NCBI GenBank assembly: GCA_965200155.1
Contig: CBDATR010000010.1
Span: 160,001-224,000 of the forward strand
Direction: 5' to 3'
Source: Nitrosopumilaceae archaeon
GTDB taxonomy: Archaea > Thermoproteota > Nitrososphaeria > Nitrososphaerales > Nitrosopumilaceae
DNA length: 64,000 nucleotides
Below, piece by piece: positions 1 through 10,738 of this stretch. The first letter of the stretch is position 1; each line of letters opens with the position of its first letter. The notes beneath the pieces were generated by a model. That model was given only the letters and a program-made list of their open reading frames with translations, searched no databases and was not told the origin of the DNA. The translations under genes and the position numbers were made by a program.

Positions 1-317
1 AGATAACAGTAATAGCAGATGCAGGATACCAGGGTATGAAAGACTTCCTACCCGGCGCAAAGGTCATAATTCCATACAGGGGTAGGGAATCACTCACTAA
101 AACTGAAAGGAAATACAACCAATATGTATCAAAAAGGCGCATATTAATCGAGCATGTAATTCGAATGCCAAAGGTATATCGTAGATTAAGTCAGGTATAT
201 GATGGTAGTCGTGAGGAATTCCGGGAAGATCTACTCGTAGTATCCGGGTTGCATAATTTACACATTATGCACAAGCATACCAGGTACAAGAAATTCTTGA
301 AAAATATCTGTCCATAA
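1..317 (+). pseudogene. IS5/ISL2-like (DDE_Tnp_4-type) transposase, C-terminal part, cut by the window edge
   Basis: Frame reads IADAGYQG...YNQYVSKRRILIEHVI, matching the D and E motifs of this family. Confidence 0.75.
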
Positions 318-391
318 TTTCCGTGTTATTATAATTCGAATATTACTTATCAGAAAATCCACTAAATCAATGGGTTTTGTGGTAACCATTT

Positions 392-483
392 GTGTGAGTT
401 CACCTATGTCTAAATTTACGCATAACTGATCGCGACAGTTAATGTGATTTGTACATAAGATTCCGGAAGACGTGAACTCATAC
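392..483 (+). mobile_element. 92-bp MITE-1
   Basis: TIR GTGTGAGTTCAC/GTGAACTCATAC; TSD AACCATTT. Confidence 0.95.
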
Positions 484-680
484 AACCATTTAGCTCACTC
501 ATGATATACGTCATCAAGATCCGGTCACCCCACTACATGACATTTGTAATCACGGCATACGTTAGTGCTGGCAGGTGCCATTAACATTGGTTTGTTCATG
601 CTTGACTGATTGTGTGCCATAAAATACACCCCAGTTTGAAGCAACATGGGCTATTCCTGTCAATCATGCGCATAAGGTCT
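484..680. repeat. Unassigned repeat, inverted homologue of 34561-34841; probably the end of another element
   Basis: Reverse complement closely matches 34561-34582 plus 34683-34841; both begin AGACCTTATGCGCAT. Confidence 0.7.
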
Positions 681-727
681 AGTTAATGTGATTTGTGCAT
701 AAGATTCCGGAAGACGTGAACTCATAC
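681..727 (+). mobile_element. Truncated MITE-1 (right half)
   Basis: agttaatgtg...gtgaactcatac matches MITE-1. Confidence 0.9.
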
Positions 728-785
728 CCTTTGTGGGCTTCCGGACCTATTTGAATAATGCCCAATATAGTTTGGAAGAGTTGCG

Positions 786-877
786 GTGTGAGTTCACCTG
801 TGTCTAAATTTACGCATAACTGATCGCGACAGTTAATGTGATTTGTGCATAAGATTCCGGAAGACGTGAACTCATAC
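786..877 (+). mobile_element. 92-bp MITE-1
   Basis: TIRs; TSD GAGTTGCG. Confidence 0.95.
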
Positions 878-919
878 GAGTTGCGCACCAAACTATCTGT
901 GTTAGCAAAGATTTAACAT

Positions 920-1384
920 GTGTCATATAATATGGTAGATATGGAACTTAGATCATCGTTTCAGAATGGACAGTCAATTCCACGAAAGTGTGGATATAAA
1001 GAGATGAATAGCAGTCCACCATTATACATATCAGGCATTCCGCAAACCACCCGATCTTTGGCGCTAATAATGGATGATCCCGACGCTATGGCTCCAGCCG
1101 GTAAGATATGGGTACACTGGCTATTATGGAATTTGGACCCGCACACAACAAACATTCCTGAGAATACGGTGCCCTCAGGTGCAGTGCAAGGCATGAACGA
1201 CTTTGAACAATCAGTATATGGCGGGCCTGCGCCTCCGGACAAACGTCATACATACGTCTTTAAGTTATATGCCTTAAATGTTATACTCGACCTAAAAACA
1301 GGATCCACAAAAAAAGAACTTGAAAGGACTATATCTGATCACATATTGGATGAAGCAATTCTCACTGGTACATATGATCCTTAA
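920..1384 (+). CDS. YbhB/YbcL family (PEBP/RKIP-like) protein
   Basis: LIMDDPDA, WVHW, YGGPAPP..HTYVFKLYAL motifs. Confidence 0.9.
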   Translation: MSYNMVDMELRSSFQNGQSIPRKCGYKEMNSSPPLYISGIPQTTRSLALIMDDPDAMAPAGKIWVHWLLWNLDPHTTNIPENTVPSGAVQGMNDFEQSVYGGPAPPDKRHTYVFKLYALNVILDLKTGSTKKELERTISDHILDEAILTGTYDP

Positions 1385-1460
1385 GTATGCGCCTTGGGGT
1401 GTGTAATTTTTTAATTTTCTGTATTGGGCACTACAAATAGGCCTACAAAACAAAGGTATG

Positions 1461-3205
1461 TTATGAGTTCACGTGTTTTGATCACATAATAAGATAGAAT
1501 GCATCCCAGTTTTTTAATTATAATTGCATTCTGGCAGCAACCTCGTTCATTACAGAAAGGCCCTGAGCCCTCCATGTCTGAACGCATGATACGAATGTGG
1601 ACATGCGGCGCATGGCCCTTTCACCACCCTTTATCTGGCCACTAATCTTGCGGAATACCACTGCGTATCAGAACCGGTTCCACTGCTCCGCTGGATTGTT
1701 GGTGGGCTCCACACTGTCATATTCTAGGAATACGAACATGCCTGGTATGGCCTTATTCAATCCTTTCACCTTCTTTTGCAGTTCAGTATCATCAACATCA
1801 TAATACTGATGCATCTGCTCCTGTCTCAAATGAGTGTCGTAATTGCGCGGACGGCCCGTAGCGATTCACGTGCGCTCCGGATCAAATCGTTGTCAAGTTT
1901 GATCCGGGCGTCCTGATCACCGGGATCGATATAGAATCCTGCATGTAATAAACTGGTATCGCGCAATAAATGCGCCCAACACAACTGGTGCTTCCCACCG
2001 TCATCAAACCGGTAACACACGGCGTACCTGTCTGTGACTATCGCGCCCTGGTAACCGTTCAGGTATTTGTCCACTACATATGAACTCCTACTTTTGTATA
2101 TCATCCACTCTTCGGCCCGCATCCCCCATATCCAACCACGCTTACCCGCCAGTGATATACCAGTTTCGTCCACATGAATGCTGGGTGATTTTATTATATT
2201 CTCATAAATTGTTTCCATAAATGATTCGCATGCATCGGCGGCCCTGGCAATTATGTTGTTTACCGCACCCACCGATATATTCAGGCCGAAGAGATCCCTC
2301 GAAATTACAGGTACGCGTTTTATTGGAATCTTTTCCGCACGCAATGCAGTGATGGCACCGCATAATTGAACCCCAAAACTACCACTCTTTGGGACGCCCG
2401 CTGCTGGGGCCAGTTGTTTTTTGCCGCACATACATGTGGCCATCTCTATCACATGAAGGGTCTCCTCTATTTTGGCTGGTATTAAGTATGAGTTCACGTC
2501 TTCCGGAATCTTATGCACAAATCACATTAACTGTCGCGATCAGTTATGCGTAAATTTAGACACAGGTGAACTCATACGGTATTAATTCCGTTATGTGTCG
2601 TTGTTTCCAACCAATTTTTGTCATTATATTGCCGCACTCACATAGTGGAGTATGCTCAAAGGTGTGATGTACTACTCTGCCGGGGTTGTGGGAACGGGAA
2701 ACCCCCTTGTGTCCCTTTTGAGCGCCAGCCTTTTTGGCTGATTTAGTACTGGCTTCTTTCTGTTGCTTATTATCTCCCTGTTTTCGCTTCTGTTCCTCCT
2801 GTTTTCGCTTCTTGTACTGGAGGGATTGAAGGGATGGTGGCGAGTGAGCATTCTCATAATATTTAAGTCGCGTTGTGAGTACCGCAATTTTCCTGTCTTT
2901 TTCTACTAATTCCTCTATCAATTCACTTACATAATTCCTAATAATTTGGAAATCTTGTGTGAGATTTCGTATTTCTTTTATGGTGTGTGACATATATGCT
3001 TCCAATACTCTCACACGTTCCTTGTAATGTGCAAGATCTTTCTCGGTAGACGCAAGGGTATCCTGAAGAAGTTTATTTTCCAGTTCCAATTCCTTATAGG
3101 ACCGGCGTCTTATCATTAGATTCTTATTGTAAATTTGGTATTTAAGTAAAATATTGTCATACCAATCTATATCTTAGTGAATGATCAAAACACGTGAACT
3201 CATAC
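1461..3205 (-). mobile_element. IS66-family single-ORF element, copy 1; frameshifted and MITE-interrupted
   Basis: 24-bp TIR GTATGAGTTCACGTGTTTTGATCA (first base mutated at 1461); IHVDETG, VTDRY, HQLCWAHLLR, EPTNN motifs. Confidence 0.9.
2486..2577 (-). mobile_element. 92-bp MITE-1 inside IS66 copy 1
   Basis: TSD GGTATTAA. Confidence 0.95.
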
Positions 3206-3283
3206 CACAAAGGTGTTAATTTTTGTATGTGATCATTTTGAACTTTTGTTATTTTGTAGACCTATTTGAATAATCTCCATTAA

Positions 3284-3374
3284 AGACTATGCAAACAGGT
3301 CAAAAAAAAATCCATAAAAGTAACGGATCTTCTACCTGCACATTTTGAGCTTTGTAGACCTATTTGTAATGTCC
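3284..3374. mobile_element. Possible ~90-bp MITE-3 with degenerate TIRs
   Basis: agactatgcaaacaggtc ... gacctatttgtaatgtcc; related motif at 744-763, 1426-1450 and 3252-3278. Confidence 0.4.
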
Positions 3375-3451
3375 TGTGTATATTAATCTCCAAGTAGGAG
3401 ATTCTTTAACTATATGAAGACCGTCAATAAAGACATGCTTGGTGCATGTGG

Positions 3452-3539
3452 ATATGAGTTCACCCACGTCTAAATTTATGATAACGGATCTCAACAATTA
3501 GTACATTGAGATTTGATTTAGGAAAACGCGAACTCGTAT
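3452..3539 (+). mobile_element. Diverged MITE-1 relative
   Basis: atatgagttcacc..gtctaaattt ... gcgaactcgtat. Confidence 0.65.
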
Positions 3540-3558
3540 AACGAAACAGTTACAAATA

Positions 3559-4065
3559 TTGGAAATGGCGGGTTGTAATATGGGAAAGCAATGGCAAGGA
3601 TTACGCTTGTTTAGTTATTTTAGGATTGGATATAGGACATACTTAGCGCTAGCGATCGGTATGATAAATTTTATGACCACATCATATTTCATAGTTATAA
3701 ATAGTGCGCCAGAAATCAAATCAATCTTTTCAACATTTGAGGTATATGTAGTAGTGGCGGTTTTTGTAGGCGTTCCGATCGTTGCAATATCAGGCTGGAT
3801 TCATTTTAAAAAAGCAGGCACCTACGCCGCCGAGGCCGCAATCATAACACAGGACAACATATACAACTACAAATGGCCAGAGGGCTACCGGAAGGAAGTA
3901 TTTGGTCGCGCGTACCTTGCTATATTGAGGGCAATGGTTAAGAGATCAAGATCAGAAGAGATTTCAAAGGACGAGCTTACAGAAATGGATGAAATTGAAA
4001 CTCAGCTAAGAAAATTAATAGACGGAGGGTATGTGGGAGATCCACCCAAGGGTGCGTTCAGATGA
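3559..4065 (+). CDS. Hypothetical two-TM membrane protein, paralogue of the next gene (start may be 3580)
   Basis: YFRxGY..Y, two hydrophobic helices, charged C-terminus. Confidence 0.7.
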   Translation: MEMAGCNMGKQWQGLRLFSYFRIGYRTYLALAIGMINFMTTSYFIVINSAPEIKSIFSTFEVYVVVAVFVGVPIVAISGWIHFKKAGTYAAEAAIITQDNIYNYKWPEGYRKEVFGRAYLAILRAMVKRSRSEEISKDELTEMDEIETQLRKLIDGGYVGDPPKGAFR

Positions 4066-4541
4066 GAAGGCAATTTCTATATCGCTTTTGGTTCTATTTT
4101 AGAACAGGATATGGCCAATACTTTATGTTTGCCCTAGCGATCTTCAATATGCTAACACTTACCTATTATCTCTTAATAGATAGTTATGAAGGGCTGGAAA
4201 TCATCTTTCCAAGCTTTACATCATATGTATTAATATTCTCGGTCATTGTAGTACCACTTTTGATATTTTTAGGTATAGCTCACATGCGAAAAACAGCTGC
4301 ATATCAAGCAGAGATGGAAGTTTCAATTAAGTCAAACCCATACATGTATAAATTGCCCCCCGGACACGAAAGAGAGGCAATAGCCCCATTACTACTAGAA
4401 TTGCTAATTCTTCTCCGAAAACCACAACAGTCAAAACTTAATGATGATGAATTGGAAAAAATTGAAGAATTGGAGGAGAAGCTCGAATTCCTTGCAAAAG
4501 GTGGAACCTTGGAACGGAAAAAGAAAATTGACGATCTATGA
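4062..4541 (+). CDS. Hypothetical two-TM membrane protein
   Basis: FWFYFRTGYGQYF; ATGA overlap with the upstream paralogue. Confidence 0.75.
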   Translation: MRRQFLYRFWFYFRTGYGQYFMFALAIFNMLTLTYYLLIDSYEGLEIIFPSFTSYVLIFSVIVVPLLIFLGIAHMRKTAAYQAEMEVSIKSNPYMYKLPPGHEREAIAPLLLELLILLRKPQQSKLNDDELEKIEELEEKLEFLAKGGTLERKKKIDDL

Positions 4542-4703
4542 GACAAGAGTGAGACGGAGACATAGATAGAAGAGTATTCAAATAGAACAACAAATCTCAA
4601 AACAGCCAGGTACAAATCCATTATTTTTGCGGATCTCCTGACATATGTGGTAACCGTTTAGGTTGTGTTAGAGATAAACATCTAGACGGTAAACTCATAG
4701 GCA

Positions 4704-4928
4704 GTATGAGTTCACGTGTTTTGATCACATAATAAGATAGAATGCATCCCAGTTTTTTAATTATAATTGCATTCTGGCAGCAACCTTGTTCATTACAGAA
4801 AGGCCCTGAGCCCGCCATGTCTGAACACATATGGACATGCGGCGCATGGCCCTTTCACCACCCTTTATCTGGCCACTAATCTTGCGGAATACCACTGCGT
4901 ATCGCAGAGCCTGCTACGCTGGATTGTT
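4704..4928 (-). mobile_element. IS66 right-end fragment
   Basis: TIR at 4704; sequence matches ~1461-1700. Confidence 0.85.
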
Positions 4929-5020
4929 GTATGAGTTCACCTGTGTCTAAATTTACGCATAACTGATCGCGATAGTTAATGTGATTTGTGTATAAGATTC
5001 CGGAAGACGTGAACTCATAC
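4929..5020 (+). mobile_element. 92-bp MITE-1 at a rearrangement junction
   Basis: TIRs intact; flanks GGATTGTT/GAATTAAT do not match. Confidence 0.95.
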
Positions 5021-6169
5021 GAATTAATACCAGCCAGAATAGAGGAGACCCTCATGTGATAGAGATGGCCTCCTGCATGTGTGGCAAAAAACAACTGGCC
5101 CCAGCAGCGGGCGTCCCAGAGAGTGGTGGTTTTGAGATGTGGTGCCATCACTGCATTGCGTGCGGAAAAGATTCCAATAAAACGCATACCTGTAATTTCG
5201 AAGGATCTCTTCGGCCTAAATATATCGGTGGGTGCAGTAAACAACATAATTGCCAGGGCCGCCGATGCATGTGAATCATTTATGGAAACAATTCATGAGA
5301 ATATAATAAAATCACCCAGCATTCATGTGGACGAAACTGGTATATCACTGGCGGGTAGGCGTGGCTGGGTATGGGGGATGCGAGCCGAAGAGTGGATGAT
5401 GTCCATATATGACAAAAGTAGGAGTTCAAATGTAGTGAACAAATACCTTAACGGTTACCAGGGAGCGATAGTAACGGACAGGTACGTTGTGTATCGCCGG
5501 TTTGATGACGGTGGGAAGCACCAGTTGTGTTGGGCGCATTTATTGCGCGATACCCAGGCATTACATGCAGGATTCTATATTGATCCCGGTGCTCAGGACG
5601 CCCGGATCAAACTTGACAACGACCTGAAAGGATTGTTCCGGAGCGCACGGGAATCCCTGAATCGCTGCGGGCCGTCCGCGCAATTACGACACTCATTTGA
5701 GACAGGAGCAGAATCCATTCTGCATCAATACTGTGATGTTGATGATGCTGAACTACAAAAGAAGGTAAAAGGATTGAATAAGGCCATACCAGGCATGTTT
5801 GTATTCTTAGAATATGACAGTGTAGAGCCCACCAACAATCCAGCGGAGCAGGCTTTGCGATACGCGGTGGTATTCCGCAAGATTAGTGGTATGAGTTCAC
5901 CTGTGTCTAAATTTACGCATAACTGATCGCGACAGTTAATGTGATTTGTGCATAAGATTCCGGAAGACGTGAACTCATACGATTAGTGGTCAGATAAAGG
6001 GTGGTGAAAGGGCCATGCGCCGCATGTCCACATTCGTATCATGTGTTCAGACATGGAGGGCTCAGGGCCTTTCTGTAATGAACGAGGTTGCTGCCAGAAT
6101 GCAGTTATAATTAAAAAAAACTGGGACGCATTCTATCTTATTATGTGATCAAAACACGTGAACTCATAC
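5021..6169 (+). mobile_element. IS66-family copy 2, 5'-truncated (transposase core 5081-5926)
   Basis: VDETG, TDRY, HQLCWAHLLR, EPTNNPAEQALR; right TIR ends at 6169. Confidence 0.9.
5889..5980 (+). mobile_element. 92-bp MITE-1 inside IS66 copy 2
   Basis: TSD GATTAGTG. Confidence 0.95.
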
Positions 6170-6757
6170 AAAAAATGGGTGTTATACAAATGATTAAGTC
6201 CAATAGATGCATAAAATATTTGGTATAAGCAGTAAAGGAGGGGGCGTGTATAGAGGTCCGTATAGGATTTTGTGCCCTGAAAAATTACCAGAATGCAATT
6301 TGAATCACATAGCTGTAATATTCGCGTTAAGCCGTCCAAGTTTGTATGGAAAATTTTTCAAAATAAGCACTTAAGTCAATAGGAGTCACAATAGACAATG
6401 AAGCAGATAAGAGTGTACCTGGACATACCAGTTTGCAGAATGTGTGCAGTAATAGACGCGGCAAGCATATTAGCACTAGACTGTGAGTATCATCAGGGTT
6501 CACTTCTTTTTCACTTATACTCCCCATTACCACGTCCCCGCCTTGTAAAACTGAATCGCTACCATTTGCCCACAAATATGATTATGAGTGATATCATATG
6601 GAACGGGCGCTATTGGTACACGCACTCCATCATTCTGTGGGGTCTTGCAGTGCCATCTTGTTGAGTGATTTTTAATTATTTATTATATTATTAATACTAT
6701 GGATACTAACAATACTATGTAAGTAATTAATAATAACTATATTAGCATACCATTATC

Positions 6758-7168
6758 ATGAAAATAGCCGTTGACACATGCGTTGTAATAGGCATAATGG
6801 AGGGCGCCTCGGTCGTCAGTAAACTGCGAAACAAGCTTAGGGGCAAGCAATACAAGATAGTGCTGTGTCGCCAAGTATTATGGGAGCTCAGACGGGTACG
6901 TAACCTGACAGTTGATGCAATTCTTGGTAGCCTGCGCAAGATATTTGGTGAGAGACGCGTCGGCATAATATCGGATCCCACAGATCTTGAGGATACCGCC
7001 CAAATGCTACGTAACCAGTATCACTATGCACATAATGGTGATCACCGCATTCTGGCCACATGCCGCATACATGGAATTGGTCTGATGACGCTTGATCGGG
7101 GAATGCTTAAGGTGGCCACCATGGTGGGAATTCCGGCATTTCACCCTAAATATGCAGGTGGGATATAA
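6758..7168 (+). CDS. PIN-domain (VapC-like) protein
   Basis: IAVDTCVV, ELRR, GDHRILATC, LMTLDR acidic PIN pattern. Confidence 0.75.
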   Translation: MKIAVDTCVVIGIMEGASVVSKLRNKLRGKQYKIVLCRQVLWELRRVRNLTVDAILGSLRKIFGERRVGIISDPTDLEDTAQMLRNQYHYAHNGDHRILATCRIHGIGLMTLDRGMLKVATMVGIPAFHPKYAGGI

Positions 7169-7820
7169 TGGCCAGGGCGTATCCGGTTATAGTACGATTT
7201 GACTATGATGACAGCCCTTGTATGCAGAAGAGCCACAACCGGAAAGGGAGCACACCCTGGAATTGGAAAGTTCCGGACCCATTGCAACAGTTGCCATCTC
7301 TGGCAGGACCAACAGATAAGCCACAACCCGTAAACGCGCTGACTAACGGTGTGTTCCGCTTACCGAATAATGATGACAAGCGCGCATGCAACCTCGAGTT
7401 GCTTGCAGATGGCGCATACGCGTCCAGGGATAACATGAAATCGTGTAGTGATAATCGAATCCGGACAACCATTCCACTTCAGCTAAATTCCACCAAAGGA
7501 AAGGCGACTCATGGGGACTTGCAGTCTTGGAGGAAGCCCGGAATCGCCCATTTTCCGCCTTTCTGATTAGGAAAAGGCCAAAAACAAGCAGTACTGAAAG
7601 GCGGCAAAAGGGTACAACAGGCGATGGATAATCGAGATAATCAGAGCCGGTTCCCGTTCAAACTATTATTCGGGCACGGATTAATGGCGCGGAAATGGGA
7701 TAACATGGTACAGGAAATCACAATGAGGGTAGCCAAGTACAACGAGTGGGTGGACGCGGCAGCAACGTAGATTACGATATGGGGAACCTGTATTCTGTCA
7801 AAGTCAGTTATACAACAAAC
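7168..7820 (+). pseudogene. IS5-family transposase remnant
   Basis: LLADGAYASRDN; later frame FKLLFGHGLMARKWDNMVQEI; frameshifted. Confidence 0.6.
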
Positions 7821-7864
7821 TTATGATACCGAAACCAAAAATAGTGTAAACCGGACATGTTACC

Positions 7865-9757
7865 ATGGCACTAGCAGGAATTGAGCTCAAGTATCTTACA
7901 AAACGTATATCCGAGGATACACAGGAATACTACGTCAGCAACATATACGGCATAGACAGGAATAGTATACTCTTCAAGCTTCATCACCCGGAGAAACCGG
8001 ACATACTACTGGTTTTATCTACAATGGGCATGTGGATCACAACCGCAAGGGTACAACAGATAGAGGAGAATAGGCTAATCCGGCGCCTGCGCAAGGACAT
8101 TATACGATTAAGGCTGACCAAGATTGATCAGCCGGGTCTGGAGCGGCTGGCATATCTTACGTTTGAGGGCTTTGATAAGCGCCTTGTACTGGTGGGCGAG
8201 TTCTTTGGGGATGGGAACATCATTCTATGCAATGATGCCATGAAGGTGCTTGCCTTACAGCACTCCATTGATGTTCGTCACAGGAGCATTAAGGTAGGGA
8301 CCCAGTATGAGCTCCCACCCCAGGTCGCGACCGACATACTGAGCATGAAGCCGGATAGTATACAGGATATTCAAAACACAGATATGGCTTGCGCCCGATG
8401 GATAGGCCGGAATATGGGCCTTCCAAGGAGATATACGGAAGGCATACTGAACATGACAGGCACTGAACCCAAGAGACCGGGAAGGACACTGGACGAATCT
8501 GAGGCTCAGGCCATATATGACACCTCCAGAAGACTGGTAGATGACATAATACATGGTAACCACACTCCCGTTATACTGCCGGGACACGAGGTAATTCCGG
8601 TGAGCATGGGAGCACAAGGAGAGACTCCGGTGAAGGATTTCATGTCCGGGCTTGATGAGGTATTCACAAGTACCATCCTTGAGAGGGGCCGCGATTTGAA
8701 TACAACACAAACCAAGGACGAGTCCAGGAATCTACAGAATCAGCTGGCAGAGCAGGAAAAGGCCATCAGTACCGTCCAGGACAGGCACAAGAGCATAACG
8801 CAGGTGGCAAACTCAATGTATGCAATACTTGCAGCAGGCGCAATACGGCTGGATGCACCCCAGGCCATACCAATACTGGAGCAGAACGGGGCCGCCATAG
8901 AAATGGAGAAAGGCATTCCTACCATGCATATAATGGACCAAAGAATACCAATAGACCTAGAGGCGCCCCTACAGTCTACTGCATCTCTACTATACAGTGA
9001 GGCCAAGAGACAGTCCGCGGCAGTTCCGGCCATAGAAAAAATGATACAAAAGACGCGCAAGAAATTGCAAAATGTCAGTGACAAGCAGGAGTCACAGGCA
9101 AGAAACATAGAGGCAACCCAGATAAGAAAGAAGAACTGGTTTGAGCGGTACAGATGGTTCTATACCTCTGATGGAATACTGGCCATCGGTGGCCGGGATG
9201 CACCCTCCAACTCCGCGGTAGTAAGGAAACACATGGAGGAGACAGACATTGTATTTCATGCACAAATATTTGGATCCCCCTTCTTCATACTGAAGGGAGC
9301 CAAACCCTCGCCCGCCAGCATACTGGAGACTGCGCAGGCCACAGTCTGTTTTAGCCGGGCATGGCGCGAGGGCATGTTCGGGTCCAGTGCGTTCTGGGTC
9401 ACCCCCCAGCAGGTAAAGAAGTCGGCGCCCAGCGGTCAGTTCCTGCCCAAGGGCTCCTTTACCATAGAGGGACAGCGAAATTTTATCAAGACATCCAGCA
9501 TGAGATTAGCCCTAGGATTTATGCAGCAGGGCGGACATGACATACTGGTATGCGGGCCTGTCGAGGCCGTTTCTGGTAGTGGATCGTCATATATTGTAGT
9601 GGAGCCAACAGGCTCGGATACAGTAATCACGGCCAAAAAGATACGAAGTGAGTTCATGGACATGGATGTGCCGGGCGCAAAAGAGCACACCATAGACGAC
9701 TACGTCAGGGTACTGCCAGCCGGAAAGAGTCATGTAGTGGGGGTCCATCATAAGTAA
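7865..9757 (+). CDS. rqcH: NFACT-family ribosome quality-control protein (Rqc2/RqcH)
   Basis: EFFGDGNIIL, WFERYRWF, GGRDA..N, FHAQIFGSP, QVKKSAPSGQFLPKGSF. Confidence 0.9.
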   Translation: MALAGIELKYLTKRISEDTQEYYVSNIYGIDRNSILFKLHHPEKPDILLVLSTMGMWITTARVQQIEENRLIRRLRKDIIRLRLTKIDQPGLERLAYLTFEGFDKRLVLVGEFFGDGNIILCNDAMKVLALQHSIDVRHRSIKVGTQYELPPQVATDILSMKPDSIQDIQNTDMACARWIGRNMGLPRRYTEGILNMTGTEPKRPGRTLDESEAQAIYDTSRRLVDDIIHGNHTPVILPGHEVIPVSMGAQGETPVKDFMSGLDEVFTSTILERGRDLNTTQTKDESRNLQNQLAEQEKAISTVQDRHKSITQVANSMYAILAAGAIRLDAPQAIPILEQNGAAIEMEKGIPTMHIMDQRIPIDLEAPLQSTASLLYSEAKRQSAAVPAIEKMIQKTRKKLQNVSDKQESQARNIEATQIRKKNWFERYRWFYTSDGILAIGGRDAPSNSAVVRKHMEETDIVFHAQIFGSPFFILKGAKPSPASILETAQATVCFSRAWREGMFGSSAFWVTPQQVKKSAPSGQFLPKGSFTIEGQRNFIKTSSMRLALGFMQQGGHDILVCGPVEAVSGSGSSYIVVEPTGSDTVITAKKIRSEFMDMDVPGAKEHTIDDYVRVLPAGKSHVVGVHHK

Positions 9758-10193
9758 ACATAGATTCCTGGCAGATGCCATGCTGGGCAACATAGCCAAA
9801 AAGTTGCGCATACTGGGCTATGATACCACATATTACTCAGACATGGACATGAATCGCGCCATAATGATGGCGCGCAAAACAGGGCGCGTCTTGATCACAA
9901 GCAACAGAAGGGTACGCCATCATAATACCATATTCATATCAACACACGACAATGCCATGAGACGCATAGTGCGCATGGCAGGGCTTGCCGTACGTGTATC
10001 CGGGGAGACCGCCCGCTGCCCCATATGCAATGGTGAAACCCGCGCCGCGATCAAGGATAGCATGAGCAATAGGGTTCCGCCCAAGGTATGGGAGCATAAT
10101 GACGCTTTCTGGGAATGTGTTATTTGTCATAACGTGTACTGGGAGGGCTCACATATCAAACGACTACGAGTGGATGCGGTAGAATGGGCGTAG
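9750..10193 (+). CDS. Mut7-C RNase domain protein (DUF82); probable ATA start at 9750, first ATG at 9780
   Basis: FLADAMLG..AKKLRILGYD, RCPICNG, C..C..VYWEGSH. Confidence 0.85.
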   Translation: MSKHRFLADAMLGNIAKKLRILGYDTTYYSDMDMNRAIMMARKTGRVLITSNRRVRHHNTIFISTHDNAMRRIVRMAGLAVRVSGETARCPICNGETRAAIKDSMSNRVPPKVWEHNDAFWECVICHNVYWEGSHIKRLRVDAVEWA

Positions 10194-10738
10194 ATGGCAA
10201 GTATCTGGTAGCGCAGGCGCGCCGGGCGGTATTATCATATATTCAGAGCGGGACACTACCGCAGCCGGATGAGCATTTTTGCAAAACATACACGCAGGAA
10301 TGCGGCGTATTTGTTACCATAAATCGTGACAGTATGCTGCGGGGCTGTATCGGGTATATTGAACCTGCAGGCATGCTGTGCCATACCGTGCCCCAGGCAG
10401 CTATCGCCGCGGCCACCGAAGACCCCCGGTTCCCGCCCCTCACAAATGGAGAACTTGACAGTGTAATATTCGAGGTTACCATACTGGCGCGGCCGCGCCT
10501 ATTGGAGGAACCACCCGAATATGCGAATCAAATAACAGTGGGACGTGACGGTCTGATGGTAAAAAGTGGAACCAAACAAGGGCTGCTGCTGCCCCAGGTG
10601 GCCACAGAGTACGGCTGGTCCGCCACAGAGTTTCTGGATAACACTTGCCGCAAGGCGGGCCTACAGCCGGACTGCTGGAAACGTAATGATACCCAGGTGT
10701 GGGCGTTTGGGGGCACGTGTTATACGGAGAGTGTATGA
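10184..10738 (+). CDS. AMMECR1/AmmeMemoRadiSam protein A family
   Basis: GVFVT, LRGCIG, DPRF, GLLLPQVA. Confidence 0.92.
   Translation: MGVDGKYLVAQARRAVLSYIQSGTLPQPDEHFCKTYTQECGVFVTINRDSMLRGCIGYIEPAGMLCHTVPQAAIAAATEDPRFPPLTNGELDSVIFEVTILARPRLLEEPPEYANQITVGRDGLMVKSGTKQGLLLPQVATEYGWSATEFLDNTCRKAGLQPDCWKRNDTQVWAFGGTCYTESV

Noticed and set aside
392-877. Clustered 92-bp repeats as a CRISPR array
   Set aside because: Too long, irregularly spaced, in both orientations across the window, with TIRs and TSDs; no cas genes.
258-891. Recurrent ORFs YEFTSSGILCTNHINCRDQLCVNLDTGEL, MHKIPEDVNSY and MSSPVSKFTHN as a peptide family
   Set aside because: They are translations of MITE-1. An insertion adds 100 bp and shifts the frame, so it is not an in-frame coding insert.
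4610-4700. Very old MITE-1 copy
   Set aside because: Only the right end (gacggtaaactcatag) resembles the TIR; no interior match or TSD.
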